Origin: the human T2T-CHM13v2.0 reference genome, Homo sapiens | Direction: 5' to 3' (one strand) | NCBI RefSeq assembly: GCF_009914755.1 | Contig: NC_060932.1 | Length of the DNA: 64,000 nt | In this document: positions 46,025 to 60,197 of the stretch, piece after piece | How positions within the stretch are numbered: position 1 is the stretch's first letter | Layout of the letters: the number at the start of each line of letters is the position of its first letter | Translations under genes and position numbers: made by a program | The notes under the pieces: generated by a model | Seen by the model: only the letters and a program-made list of their open reading frames with translations | Database searches by the model: none | Told to the model about the DNA's origin: nothing

Positions 46025-46612
46025 ATTTTTTTTTAACTATTTCAAACTTAGAGAAAATTTGTTAGAATAACACAAAGAACTCTTGGCTGGCCTTGACCCA
46101 GGTTCCCCTGTCGCTGTTTGCTGTATCACGTGTTCTATTCTCTGTTTATTTATAGCTATATTTGTCCACATAGGTACGTGCGCATGTGCTCACATGCAAC
46201 TTGTGTGCCACATGGGAATTTATTCCATTTACGCCAGATGTGATGCCCATAACCCTAAATTCTTGAATGAGTATTTCCTGACAAAAACACTTTCCAACAT
46301 AGTGACAGTGCAGCATCCAAAGCAACATTCACAGCGATGCAGTACTGCCATCTAATCCGGAGACCCACTGAAACTGACCAGTTACTGTAACTATGTCCTT
46401 TATGGCACAGAACAAAGTCAGTCTGGTTCAGTATCCAGCATTTAGTTGTCATCTCTTGTTAGTCTCCTTTATTCTGAAACAGTTCCTCAGTCTCTCCTTG
46501 TCTTTCATGACCTTGGCATTTTGAAGAACACAGGCCAGTTATTTTATAGAATGTTTCCTCATGATTAGATTCAGGCTATACATTTTTGGCAGGAATACCA
46601 CAGAAATGCTGG
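46025..46612 (-). mobile_element. L1MC-type 3'UTR fragment
   Basis: 'gcatttagttgtcat...tctttcatgaccttggcattttgaagaacacaggccagttatttt...ttttggcaggaataccacagaa'. Confidence 0.7.
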
Positions 46613-47164
46613 CCTAATGATACCTTTTTAAAGTTTCAAGTAGCCACAGCCTAGGTGTCCTAATACATTAAAACCACGCAAACTCAGATGATATGGGGAT
46701 GTCAATCTAAATTACACAAGCCATTTTTAAAGAAATACAGTTTTGTCATCTTCAGGGGCACGCATTACCTTGAGTTTGATTAAAGTTGTTGCCAAGTGTC
46801 CTTTGGGAATTGACATTACTAAATAGATAATAATTTGTACTCAGTAGGTGACCTTTGTATGTAAGTATTACTTTGAACAATTCCCCAGTATCCTGTAATC
46901 CTTATTTACAATAATAATTTGAACCATTGGTAAGCAGCGGTAGCAGACCCTTTCCAAATTAAGAGCTTCAAACTTACGAAGTTTTGTTTGTGAGGATACT
47001 TAATAAATGTCGAGCAGTAATGGGTGGCAAATAGAACTGACAAGGAAGTGTCTTGGGCAGTTTAAAAATTTTGCCACCCCTTTAAACTGATACTTTTATA
47101 AATATTTGCTTAAAATGTTCTAAGTGGTAAAAGTAAAATGATGTTCTGTTAAGAAAATATTACA

Positions 47165-47702
<538 letters not shown>

Positions 47703-47761
47703 TTATGTACCACTTAATATTCTCAGGAGCAGATTATAACATAAGCATTTATTAAATGTGA

Positions 47762-48250
<489 letters not shown>

Positions 48251-48692
48251 CAAAAAATGTAAATCATAAGATAAAGCATTGGTTTCTTGTGAACAGCTAC
48301 AGCTACTTCATGCGGGGTTCTTTTGTTTTAGAACCTGTGAGTTCCACAGATAGTTGCTCCTTTGAGAAGCTGGCTGGCCTGGTTGATCACATAGCCTGTA
48401 GTTGCAAAAATACTTAACAACGATAATTCTGCACTCCTAAGAAGTTTTACTTGAGGATGCTGTCAACTTTGCTGATAGTTTTGGTAGCCATAAAAAGAAT
48501 AAGCAGAAAACCCAGTTAATTAGTACCGTATTTCTGGTTTATTCTAGTGATTGAGTTGATGTCAACAGCCCCTGTCCCTTAGTTTAAATCTGCTTTTGAA
48601 GTAGCTTCCTATGGTTTAATTGCCGAATCATTTTACTTGAAAACAATTTCTTGTTCTGCTTGTTTGACTGAGTGTACTGTCTATTTTCACAG

Positions 48693-48972
48693 TGTTGTCA
48701 TGACTGGATCTTACAATAATTTCTTCAGAATGTTTGACAGAAACACAAAGCGAGACATAACCCTAGAAGCATCGCGGGAAAACAATAAGCCTCGCACAGT
48801 TCTGAAGCCTCGCAAAGTCTGTGCAAGTGGCAAGCGAAAGAAAGATGAAATAAGTGTTGACAGCCTAGACTTCAATAAGAAAATCCTTCACACAGCCTGG
48901 CACCCCAAGGAAAATATCATTGCCGTAGCTACTACAAACAATCTGTATATATTTCAAGACAAAGTGAATTAG
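48693..48972 (+). CDS. PPP2R2A: B55-alpha terminal coding exon 10 ((S)[29 protein letters not shown]...[13 protein letters not shown])
   Basis: cacag|T GTT...; TAG 48970-72; exons 3-10 total 1262 nt, consistent with a 447-aa protein given 82 coding nt upstream of the window. Confidence 0.98.
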
Positions 48973-49667
48973 GGTTGGCATTCCTAGCAGAAGAACCCAC
49001 TTCCTGCTTAGTTGAGATAGTTGAATCTAGCATTCGTTCCTATAAAAGAGAGAGGTCCATTGTGGCGCCCCTTTCCAGTGTTTGACAGTGTGCCATTCGA
49101 CAACACATTGTTATAGCTACATGGAGAAAGCTCTGTGGATTCATCACTGTGGTGTTCTCCATGTCTGCTAGCCATTTAGGTAAGGGTAGGGCACTTTTAA
49201 TTTAAATGACTTCTTGCACCATCTTGCCTAATGGACTAGATTGGACTGTATCAACATTGATTTACTCCACTTTTTATGCCTTCCATTGTGATGACGTCAA
49301 ACACAGTGAAAGCCTTCAGTCATGCTATGGGATTTAATTGTGTATCCTCATTACTGTATCATTTGTGGGGTACACCCCTTCCCCCTTTTTTTAAATTAAA
49401 TACAGCTCATTCTTACTGTGGCTTGTAGCATTCCTCCTCTTCTGGCCTCCTGGACTGCTCCCCTTCATCTCTTACCCTTGCCCCCTCCACCCGGTCTTGG
49501 TGGTGGTATATTAAAAAAAGAAAGAATGAAAGCACACAAAATGAGTCAGTTTGGGGTCAGTGGTATAAAGGGGGTATATGTTGCAAACAAATGTTTTAGT
49601 AACAGTTGGCTGTAATCACTCCTCGCCGTGTCTGGCACTGAAAATAAGGAAAAAAAACCTACTACTG

Positions 49668-49673
49668 AATAAA
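49668..49673 (+). terminator. PPP2R2A: Proximal poly(A) signal AATAAA
   Basis: Followed by a U-rich element 'ggttttctttttctttt'. Confidence 0.7.
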
Positions 49674-51215
49674 AGTGACAAAGAATGGAGAATCTGGTTT
49701 TCTTTTTCTTTTTAACCTACCTCTTGTAGCCAATATTTTGTGTCATACCTTTGGGCACAGTGAAACAAAATGGGTTTTCATTGTTTATTGGTATTTTTGT
49801 TAATTATTTTTAACAAGTGTTCTTTTACATGCAGGAGGAGAGGTATTGGTTCTCTATGAACATATTTTGAATATAGGTTTTATTAAGGATTTCACAATCT
49901 ATAAATGCTACTAGTTTTTTTTTTTTTTTTTACCATCATGAGGGTATTGGATACATTGTGTCTCTATTTAACTCATTATGTGTTAATGAAATTGTTGTAA
50001 ATGGGAACCAAATTTGTAGAACTTAATTTCTACTTTTTAGAGTGCTTAATTTCATTTTTGCCTTACTAAATAGTCAAAGACTTATAAAACATTTTTAACA
50101 AGTTAGAACTTTTTTGTTATTCAGTCATATAAAATAGCAGAAAACTAACATCAAGTGACACTGCACTAAATACTTTTTTTGTATTTTACTGCTATCAAAT
50201 CAGAATGAAATATACTTTACCATAGATATTTTTCTTCTATTTTTGGTTTTCCAAAGCTATATGAAAGACAAATTTTTAAAGGTACAGCGTTCAAAAAGTG
50301 CTTAATGAACTCCAACAGCTGCCTCAAATAAAAATCTGTATATGAATACATTTTCCCTAAGCGGTGATACATTATCCAAAGATGAAGAGTGCTCCTATTT
50401 TTAATAGGTAGAATGTACCTTTGTCAGTCTTGCAGAAACTTTAATGGAGAAGAAATGGACTTTATTTTTGAAAGGTGAAATGAACAGGCATTTATATTAT
50501 TAGAGAATGGTAGTCTTATTTTGGTGGAACATAATGTAACAACCTTGAATTTCAGAGGACTCTGAGTGCTTCTATGTCCACTACCTATTGTTCTATTCTT
50601 CAATAATGAAAAAGAATTCAACGAGCCGACCGTGATTCCCTCTACTACAAATATTATGTCTTGTAAGTTAGCATTTTTAGCACACAGGAGAAATTTTATG
50701 TAATAAAATTACTGTATCTTTTGGATTTAACAAATTTGTATTTGAAACACATTCTATGTCTGATAATTCTTAATGGCACTTTTACTAATTTATTTGGGGA
50801 TCTTGGGTACATTCTTAATTTGTGTTTATTCTTCACGCTTGACTTGCAAGTGGGATATTCCCCTGCCACAAGTGTCAAACAGTGATATTCTTCCTGTGTT
50901 GTGACTGGACAGTTTTCCAGATCTTTTTTGGGAGATTTTCCTACAGCTTGGTTGTATGTCTTGAGATAACACCACCAAACAGCTCTCAGAAATTCTTTTT
51001 TGATTGATCAGTAGCTATGATGATTCTCCTCCATGACACTAAGGATTAGTTTATATATTTAAGAGAAATAATTGCTAAAATTAAAATGCCTCTATCAAGG
51101 AATGCTATTATAAATTATTGTTAACATTCTCAAGTATTAATTTTTTAATTTCATTGGTGTAGCAAACTCTAAGCCCAGCCACTCATTTTACATGGCCATG
51201 GTTAATCTTTTTATT

Positions 51216-51239
51216 AATAAAAATTATACTTAGAATAAA
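51216..51239 (+). terminator. PPP2R2A: Distal poly(A) signals (AATAAA 51216-21 and 51234-39)
   Basis: Followed by GU-rich 'gtcttgtcaagttgcttgt'. Confidence 0.7.
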
Positions 51240-51440
51240 CTTAGTCTTGTCAAGTTGCTTGTATTTCCTATTCTCTTGCCACTAATATACATGCACATAC
51301 TCCATCACTTAACCTTTTAGAAGAGATTGTGGGTAGGAAAAGGACTTTCATTCTATTAACCTCTTTTGATCTTTACTTAGTGGCTGGGCAATAAGAATTG
51401 TTTTATAAACCTGTCTAAATACATGTTTATGTAACCATTA

Positions 51441-51786
<346 letters not shown>

Positions 51787-52694
51787 AAAAATGCGTCCAT
51801 GCACTCTTTTCCTTTCAAAATGAAGAGAATTTTTTAAACCTTAAATGTGAGTTATTCTGGTTAGGGATACTTCTACGGAAAGCTAGAGATAGGAAAGCAG
51901 GTTCTTTCAGTGTGTGACTTTTGAGTAAGGTGTTAATTAGGAAATTGTGCACATGTGAAAGCTATGCAGTACTGATAAAGAATTTTTAGTGATATTTAAA
52001 CCCTTCTAAGGGAATATTGTTTGAGCATCTTTACCACACATAAATTCAAATGTAGATAGTATTGTGCCCTTCCAGAAAAACAAAACCAATCCCCCCCAAA
52101 AGATGGAAAAGATAGGCATATGCTGGGTAGTCAAGAATCAAGTCAGTTTACTTGTGTATTTGAGAGCACCTGTACTTTAGTATCTTACTTATCTATCTGT
52201 TCAGATGGTGATAGTTTAAGCTCTGCGTGTATGTCTTACTGTGGTTAAAAAGGGAGTTTTATGCACCTCCTCTTCCCCCTCAAAAAGCCTTGAAAAATGA
52301 CCCTGCTTCATTTTGTAATTATGCATGAAGTCAAAACATTACAACTCTTTTAGTATTAATCAAATGCTTAGCGATTCTACAGAGTCTTGAGGTGTTCTCA
52401 GATGCCAAATATATTTTGTAACTGAGTTTGCCTCAACATTTTATTCCGTAGTGGTGTCAGACTGGAACCTCTTACCTCTGTATTAGAATGAAGAAACACC
52501 CACTTTACAGGCTTAACGTTAATAAGTCTCTTGCTAGCTCAGTGTATCAAAGAGAAGGCACTACAGAGCTTAGTTTCCTCTAAAAGGAATTTGGCAAACT
52601 GGTATAAGGGGAAAAACTAATATTTGTGTTTTTTCACATGTTCTACTCATGCTCCTTTGTAATCTGAATAGCAACAAGTTCTTCGAGGACTTTC

Positions 52695-52866
52695 CCGCTA
52701 GAGGGCAATGGTGGGGAGCGGTGGCTCATGCCTGTAATCCCAGCACTTTGGGAGGCTGAGGTGGGAGGATCACTTGAGATCAGCCTGGGCAACAAACCAA
52801 GATCCCATCTCTACAAATAAAAGATGTATTTTAAGAAATATATTTTAGGAAACCACTAGGGGGCGA
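52695..52866 (+). promoter_or_regulatory. Two co-oriented CTCF motifs (52695-52707, 52853-52866) with an Alu monomer between them
   Basis: CCGCTAGAGGGCA and CCACTAGGGGGCGA match the CTCF core. Confidence 0.6.
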
Positions 52867-53052
52867 TCGTTAAGTTTTGAACAGCAATGATGGGGTATTT
52901 TTGAGAAAGTATAAACGGGAGTCTTTATGTACTGGAAGAGCTTCATTATTAAAGTCAGGGACCAAATACAGGATATTGTGTACCCAAAACCACTGTTCCC
53001 TATGACCCTTGAGTAAATATTTGAGAACCCACTGATGGAGGGGAACACAAAA

Positions 53053-53327
53053 GCCAACTGTGATGTCATTACTTATATTGTACTACAATCAAGTCATGCA
53101 ATATAAGTACAACAAAGTAGTACAATTACTCAACAAAATACTTGCAAAATACAAAACTTTAGCTGGGTTTACCCAAATGCCAACTGTGATGTCATTACTT
53201 ACATTGTACTACTTTATTGTACTTACACTGTATGACTTCATTGTAGTACAATATAAGTAATGACATCACAGTTGGCATTTGTGTACATCCAGCTAAGTTC
53301 TGTATTTTGCAAGTATTTTGTTGAGTA
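53053..53327. repeat. Nested inverted repeats (double fold-back)
   Basis: 53127-53212 pairs with 53243-53327; 53053-53126 pairs with 53203-53276. Confidence 0.93.
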
Positions 53328-53879
53328 GTTTGCATTGATGTTCATGAAGGATATTGATCTACAATTTTTTTATATTTTAATGTCACTGTCTAGTGTAATG
53401 CTGATCTCATAAAATGAATTTTCCTCTCCTGTATTATTGAAGAATATGGACAAAATTGGTACAATTTCTTCCTTCAGTGTTTGGTAGAATTCACTAGTGA
53501 CAAATTATTAAATACCATTCTATCAAAGGTCACATCACTGAGTCACTGTAAGGAGAACAACATTTGTCTCTTTTCAGAATTGAAATGTATTTCTGCTCTA
53601 TTCACCAAATCGCCCAGCCGAGTTAACAGAATGAAGCATCATAATTTGAGTTTGTCAAACACCATTTTGCTCTCTTACAGTATCTTTGAAAATGTTAATT
53701 TGTTAGCCCAAATCTATATCAAACTTTTGTTGCCCAACACTTAACTTACCAATGCCTAAAAAGATTCACTGATCAGGTAATGTAGTTGTTAAGTAACACA
53801 GAGCAAAGTGGTTAGGACGTGCTGGACTGCCACACTAGGAATCCTGTGAGTTTAAGAAAATATAATAATGATAATTGCT

Positions 53880-54153
53880 TTTTGAGACACAGTCTCGCTC
53901 TGTCACCCAGGCTGTAATGCAGTGGCCTGATCATGGCTCACTGCAGCCTCAACCTCTTGGGCCCACTCCTCTCATCTCAGCCTCCCAAGTAGCTGGGACT
54001 ACAGGCACCTGCTACCATGCCCAGCTAACTTTTTAAAAGTTTTTGTAGAGATGTTGCCCAAGCTAAGCTTCAATTCCTGGGCTCAAGTGATCCTCCCGCG
54101 TCCACCTCCCAAAATGTTGGGATTAGAGGCATGAGCCACCACTGTGCCTAGCC
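53880..54153 (-). mobile_element. AluJ
   Basis: Reverse Alu dimer. Confidence 0.85.
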
Positions 54154-54479
54154 TAGAAAATAGAAACTTCTCCCTCCTCCTCTCCCCTTCTTCCCTCTTC
54201 TCATCCTTACTTCTTTCTGTCCACTGGCAGCCAAGTCCTGACCTATTTGCAGACAAGTTTATTTGGTCATTGGATGACAATGCCTCTAACAGTCACTCCT
54301 GAACTACACTTTCTAACTCCCCTTCCTTCTGTAAGCATTTGAGTTTGTACCTTCTCTTTTGCTTTAAGATTACAACCAAACCAGGCAAAATACTTGTAAT
54401 TGGATATGGTATTATGGAATCAATGCTCAAAAATTAATTAATAGTAAAACATCTTGCAGAGCACAGCATCGTTTCTGTT

Positions 54480-54773
54480 TTTCTTTTTTCTTTTTATTTA
54501 TTTACTTTATTTTTGAGACAGTCTTACTCCATCACCCAGACTGGAGGGCAGTAGGGCAGTGGTGCAATCACAGTTCACTGCTACCTTAAACCCCAAGCTC
54601 AGGTGATCCTCCCACCTCAGCCTCCCAGGTAGCTGGGACTACAGATGTGCACCACCACACCCTTTTGTATTTTTCGTAGAGATGGGGTTTCACCATGTTG
54701 CCCAGGCTGGTCTCGAACGCCACTGCACTCCAGCCTGGGCGACAGAACGAGACTCTGTCTCTAAATAAATAAA
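54480..54773. mobile_element. Chimeric Alu: minus-strand Alu (to ~54718) fused to a plus-strand Alu 3' end
   Basis: 'ctggtctcgaa|cgccactgcactccagcctgggcgacag...aaataaataaa'. Confidence 0.85.
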
Positions 54774-54932
54774 GTAATTGGTAGGGCAAGTATATTACCT
54801 TATTTCTTATGAAAATTAATCATCTTAATAAATCAGGTAATAGTATTTGTATCCAGTAGCTATTGCCACAATCAAGTAATAGAAGTACAACTATAGCTAA
54901 AATGAGAAAAGTAAATATTAAGTGGGGATATC

Positions 54933-55286
<354 letters not shown>

Positions 55287-56080
55287 CTAATTTCATTACT
55301 GTTCCTTGCTGGACATTAAAAGAAACTAAGGAAAAGAAGGATTAGGAGGATTATATAAATATATAGTTATAAAGGTAACTAACTGAACAAAAATTAAAAT
55401 TTCATCAGGCTAATACAACTAAGCAACAATAATAATAGTAAAAACCCAAACCATGATCTTAATATTGAGGTTGAACTGAAGACAAAATTATGACCACTTT
55501 ATAGTGACAAACAGGGATAGTTATGAATATCTGTGCATCAACTATAAGGAATGAAGATACAAGAAGAAAGAAACAGGAGTAGGAGATATTAATTTACCTC
55601 TTGAAATCCATGACATGTAAAGGGGGGAAATAATCAACTATATGAAAACTTAAATGACATTAAGGTGGTTCCAACAGATACATCAAACCTGATTTTGTGA
55701 ACACAAACTACATCTTCTTTTCAAATACGGAATAGTCCCCAAAAGGCATCATAAGTTAGGCCCCAGAGAACACCTAAAAAAAAAAAAAAAAAATCCCACA
55801 CTAGAAATGATACAAAAACCAAATCTGACCAGGGAAAAATTCTTAAATACCCAAATTAATAAAGAATGAAATAAGTATCAAATATATAAGAAGCTAGGAA
55901 AGCATGAGGGTGACTGCCAATGAGTACAGGCAGTCATTGGTTGGGGGGGGGGGTGTGTGACAAAAGCGTTCCAAAGTGACTGTGATGGTTACGTAACTCT
56001 GAATATATAAAAAACATTGAATTGAACTTTAAGTGGATGAACTGTATAGTATGTGAATTATATTTCAATGGGGCTGTTAA

Positions 56081-56400
<320 letters not shown>

Positions 56401-56691
56401 AAAAACAAGAATTAGGAATAATACAATTAGGAAGCAGGAATTCAATTCAAGAGCCAATAAAATAAATGATTAGGTAATATAATCCAGAAAAAAACAGAGG
56501 ACAAACAACATAAAATAAGAAATAAAAGTAACATCCTATAGAAACAGAGATGACCTTCCTAAAAGCATCAGGCCCCAATGTTTCCATAGGGAATTATAAC
56601 ATCTCCTTAAAGAAAGTAATTTCAATGTCATCTATGTAAGACCAGAGAAAAGGAAACTTTCTAATTATTTTCAATAAAATGAGTATAGTAA

Positions 56692-57050
<359 letters not shown>

Positions 57051-57138
57051 CTAAAAGGAAAATAGAACAAAGTGGGATCTCGTAGTCCTGACTGGGAAAA
57101 CAATTCTATAAATATGTCAATAATCCCCTCAATTTCTT

Positions 57139-60100
57139 TTTTATCATTTGGCATTAGAAACCTTTTATTGAGACAAACGGTGGGCTGAAAATAATACAGG
57201 GTGAAGGAAGGTTGAGGAAACCAGTATGAAGGCATCTCAAATGATGAACTAAATACATTCCAAAGGTACTATTTACACTTAAGGCAATTTTAAAAGTGAG
57301 GTCTTAACCAAAAAGCCTTTACATGGCATTAAAAAAAAAAAGCGGGGGTCATTTAAATCTTTTGGATTGACTAAAAGAGCTAAATTATGTACCCAAAATC
57401 TGTACAGCAGGGGCCTGTTTTCAGCAGGTAAGCCTATTATATGCAAGAAAGAACCTCTTACTCTTGTTACAATTGTCCTGTTTTGCTTTGTTTTACAGGA
57501 ATATATAACCCCCATCCCCACAGAGTTAGTCCATAAGGCCTCAGTGTCTGCATAGAAATGTGGACCTACCTCTACTAGAGAACTATTTACACTGCACTGT
57601 AAATACACGTCTGTGTCCACCCCCACAACTAAGCTGTCAATGCCTTGAGTGAAGGGGTAGTTACAACTCAGTCATTTTGTATCTACAGTGACAATTAATA
57701 GGCACTCAATACTTTTTTTTGCATGAATGATAAATGATATTACACTACCACCACTATTTACATTAACATTTCCCATCATTAGCTGTCCCCAAAATAAAAA
57801 CACCAAATTGCTGCCACATTTTCAGCAGTTTTCATAATATAGTGCTTCTGGACTTTTTAATGTAAACAAACATGCTTGATTTACCAATTTTCAGAGTAAT
57901 GACACAAACTTAGCATTCTTCTTGGAATGGAAAACTTTCTGGGAAGTTACTTCATTCTTTTTCTCTTTTCAAAAGGCATCTCGCAGCGCCAACTGTTTTT
58001 CTCAGAAGGAACGCTTATTTTCTGACCAGACATTCTGGCTATACCACATCATCATAAAGTTCTTCTGTTTTTTCTTCTCTTTACTTTTTGAACTGGAAAA
58101 TGGATTCACTTTGGTTTTCTTCCTCACAAATTCTTTTCGGTCTGTCTTTCCAGCCATTGCAGTTGCTAGTCTTGTCTCTTTGTCAGATTTTGGCTTTTTA
58201 TGAAGGCGTTCAATGTCCGGAAGAGAAAGTAATTCACCCCTCGGCTCTTCATCACTGTCGATTTCAATATATTTCCTCTTCTGGGATTTCCCGGGGACAG
58301 CGTCAAGTTCTTTTCTCATTTGCGCCATGCGGATTTTCTGGAAGTCTTCCTAACTTAAAACTCGACTGGTGCTGACGGCTGCAGTTTTGGCTTTCTGCTC
58401 CTCCATGGGCATGGTGTTCAGCTTCTTGGAAATTTCTTGCTGTTCTTCATTGGAAGAGTGTTGCACATCAACCCATTCGCCATCGGCATCCTCCTCCTCA
58501 CTGAGACTGGTACTTTCCCATCCATCTTCATCATTTTCAGCACTCTCCTCTTTCTCAACTTCCAGAACTTCTGCTCCTGGAATGTAACCTTTAGCATCTA
58601 ATTCTCCATATTCTTGTACTCTTGCTTCTATGGAGGCTTCTGTAGGCTTACCCCAGAATTTCTTCTGCAGCATCTGAGGATTCAGTGTTCGGAAGAGCCG
58701 AATCAAAGTTCTAGCAGACATCATTACATTATTATCCTTGTGTGTTTTATACTGAGCCAGGTCTTGGAGAAGCTTTTCAGTCATGGCCAGAGGACACTGA
58801 GCTGTTGTCTCTTTTACAGCATTGATTCCTATTGTCATGGCTTCTCCAGAGTTCTTGTCGTTAACAAAATTGTTGGCCACAGTCATAAGCAATGATTGAA
58901 TAATCGCTGGGTGTACTAGGTGATGAGATGCTTGTGCAGCAAACAGAAGGTTCTTTGTTACTTCTCTTTGGTGGGGCTGCAGAAACCTTCGCAAAAAGTG
59001 ATAGAAATTGAAGAGGAAGAGCTTATGAATTCCCACCAATCTGAGATGAGGTTCATGAGCATCATCTTCACTTCCAACCTCTCCTTACAGCACTCAAGCT
59101 GCTTTAGTAGTTTTTCTGCAAAATCTTGGGGATCATGAATCAAGTGAACGGCTAAAAAGTTAAACACCTCTGGTTTTTTCTTCTTCTTTTGTTTCTTGAG
59201 CACTTTCATTGCCTTTTCCAACTTTTTCTTGTTTTGGGAACTTTGTTCCCTGTAGCATACTGTGCTAGCAGGTCTCTTGCTGTTGGTCCGTCATCCTCAG
59301 ATTCGGAGTCACTGGCCTGTTTTTCATCTTCATCTTTTCCAAGAAAGAATGTCAAAGCAGCAACTAATATCTTGGTGACCTAAGAGAAACATGCAGTTGT
59401 GATAACATTGACAGTTTTGGTATCATTCCAGATGTTCCTTCTGTAGAGTTCAATCATAACATCTAAAGACATCTTGGCTGCAGTTGCATTGCTATCTCTC
59501 AACATGGTATACATGAAATTTTACAATACTACATCCACTTTATTCTTGTGTTTTGCATTTATATTCTTGATATCAGTCACGATATATGTGTATGAAGTCT
59601 TTTGCAGAAGCTTATCATGGCAACAGAGAAGTTCAAAGAAGAGTTCTAGCAGGCTTGATGGATTGATGAGATTCTTATTTCTCAGCAAGATCAAAGCTTT
59701 GCAAAATGTCATTCGAAGATCTGGATCCAATACAGTATGATTACAGGACAGAAGATCTTTCACCACTTGAGGAAAATTACTTAGATACCCTGGGTAGCAG
59801 TAACTAATCTATAACAAAGCAAAGGCTCTTCTGAAGTTTCTCTCTTTCTCTCCTATTATTCAGATGCACATATTTAGGACGTTCTGTGCCATAAACACCA
59901 CCAGCTCTGCTAGTTCTTTACCGGGTTTATATGGTTGCAATTTGAAAATCTCCACATTGGATGTGTAGTGATTATACTGCTGTAGAAACTCCTAGATGGA
60001 GGGTGGTGGGTCTCGCTTCATCAGATTCTGTAACTGCAGTCAGGTTGCTGGGCAGCTTGTTGTTGTTTCTGCTGGACATTCTGGCTGAAGACTGGCTTCG

Positions 60101-60197
60101 CGGCGAGCAGTTTTAATAAAACTCAGATGGCCAGCAGCCGCCAATCCCTACCAGCTGCGGCTTGAACTCCTGCTTCCGGGTATGACCGGAAACAGCA
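57139..60197 (-). pseudogene. SDAD1P1: Processed pseudogene of SDAD1 (SDA1 60S ribosome biogenesis factor)
   Basis: Intronless, MSSRNNNKLPSNL (ATG 60079) to ...KRMK* (TAA 57947-49); ORF fragments 59521-59766, 58958-59221, 58350-59039, 58002-58328 match SDAD1; frameshift ~60040 and stops at 59992, 59521, 59380, 58002; 5' and 3' UTRs, AATAAA (57164-69), poly(A) remnant, imperfect TSD ctcaat.t.tt at 57128-38 / 60198-208. Confidence 0.95.

Larger units (their letters stand above)
48973..51250 (+). other. PPP2R2A: PPP2R2A 3'UTR with miRNA seed matches
   Basis: Repeat-free AT-rich sequence; CATCTTGCCT 49220-49229 (miR-31 nt 1-10), GCACTTT 49191 and 50776 (miR-17 family), GTGCCAT 49090 (miR-183), TGTAGCA 49424 (miR-221/222); 3' end inferred from poly(A) signals. 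Confidence 0.8.

Noticed and set aside
58350-59039. 229-aa SDAD1-like ORF as a functional retrogene
   Set aside because: One fragment among several frameshifts and stops; nothing shows selective preservation.
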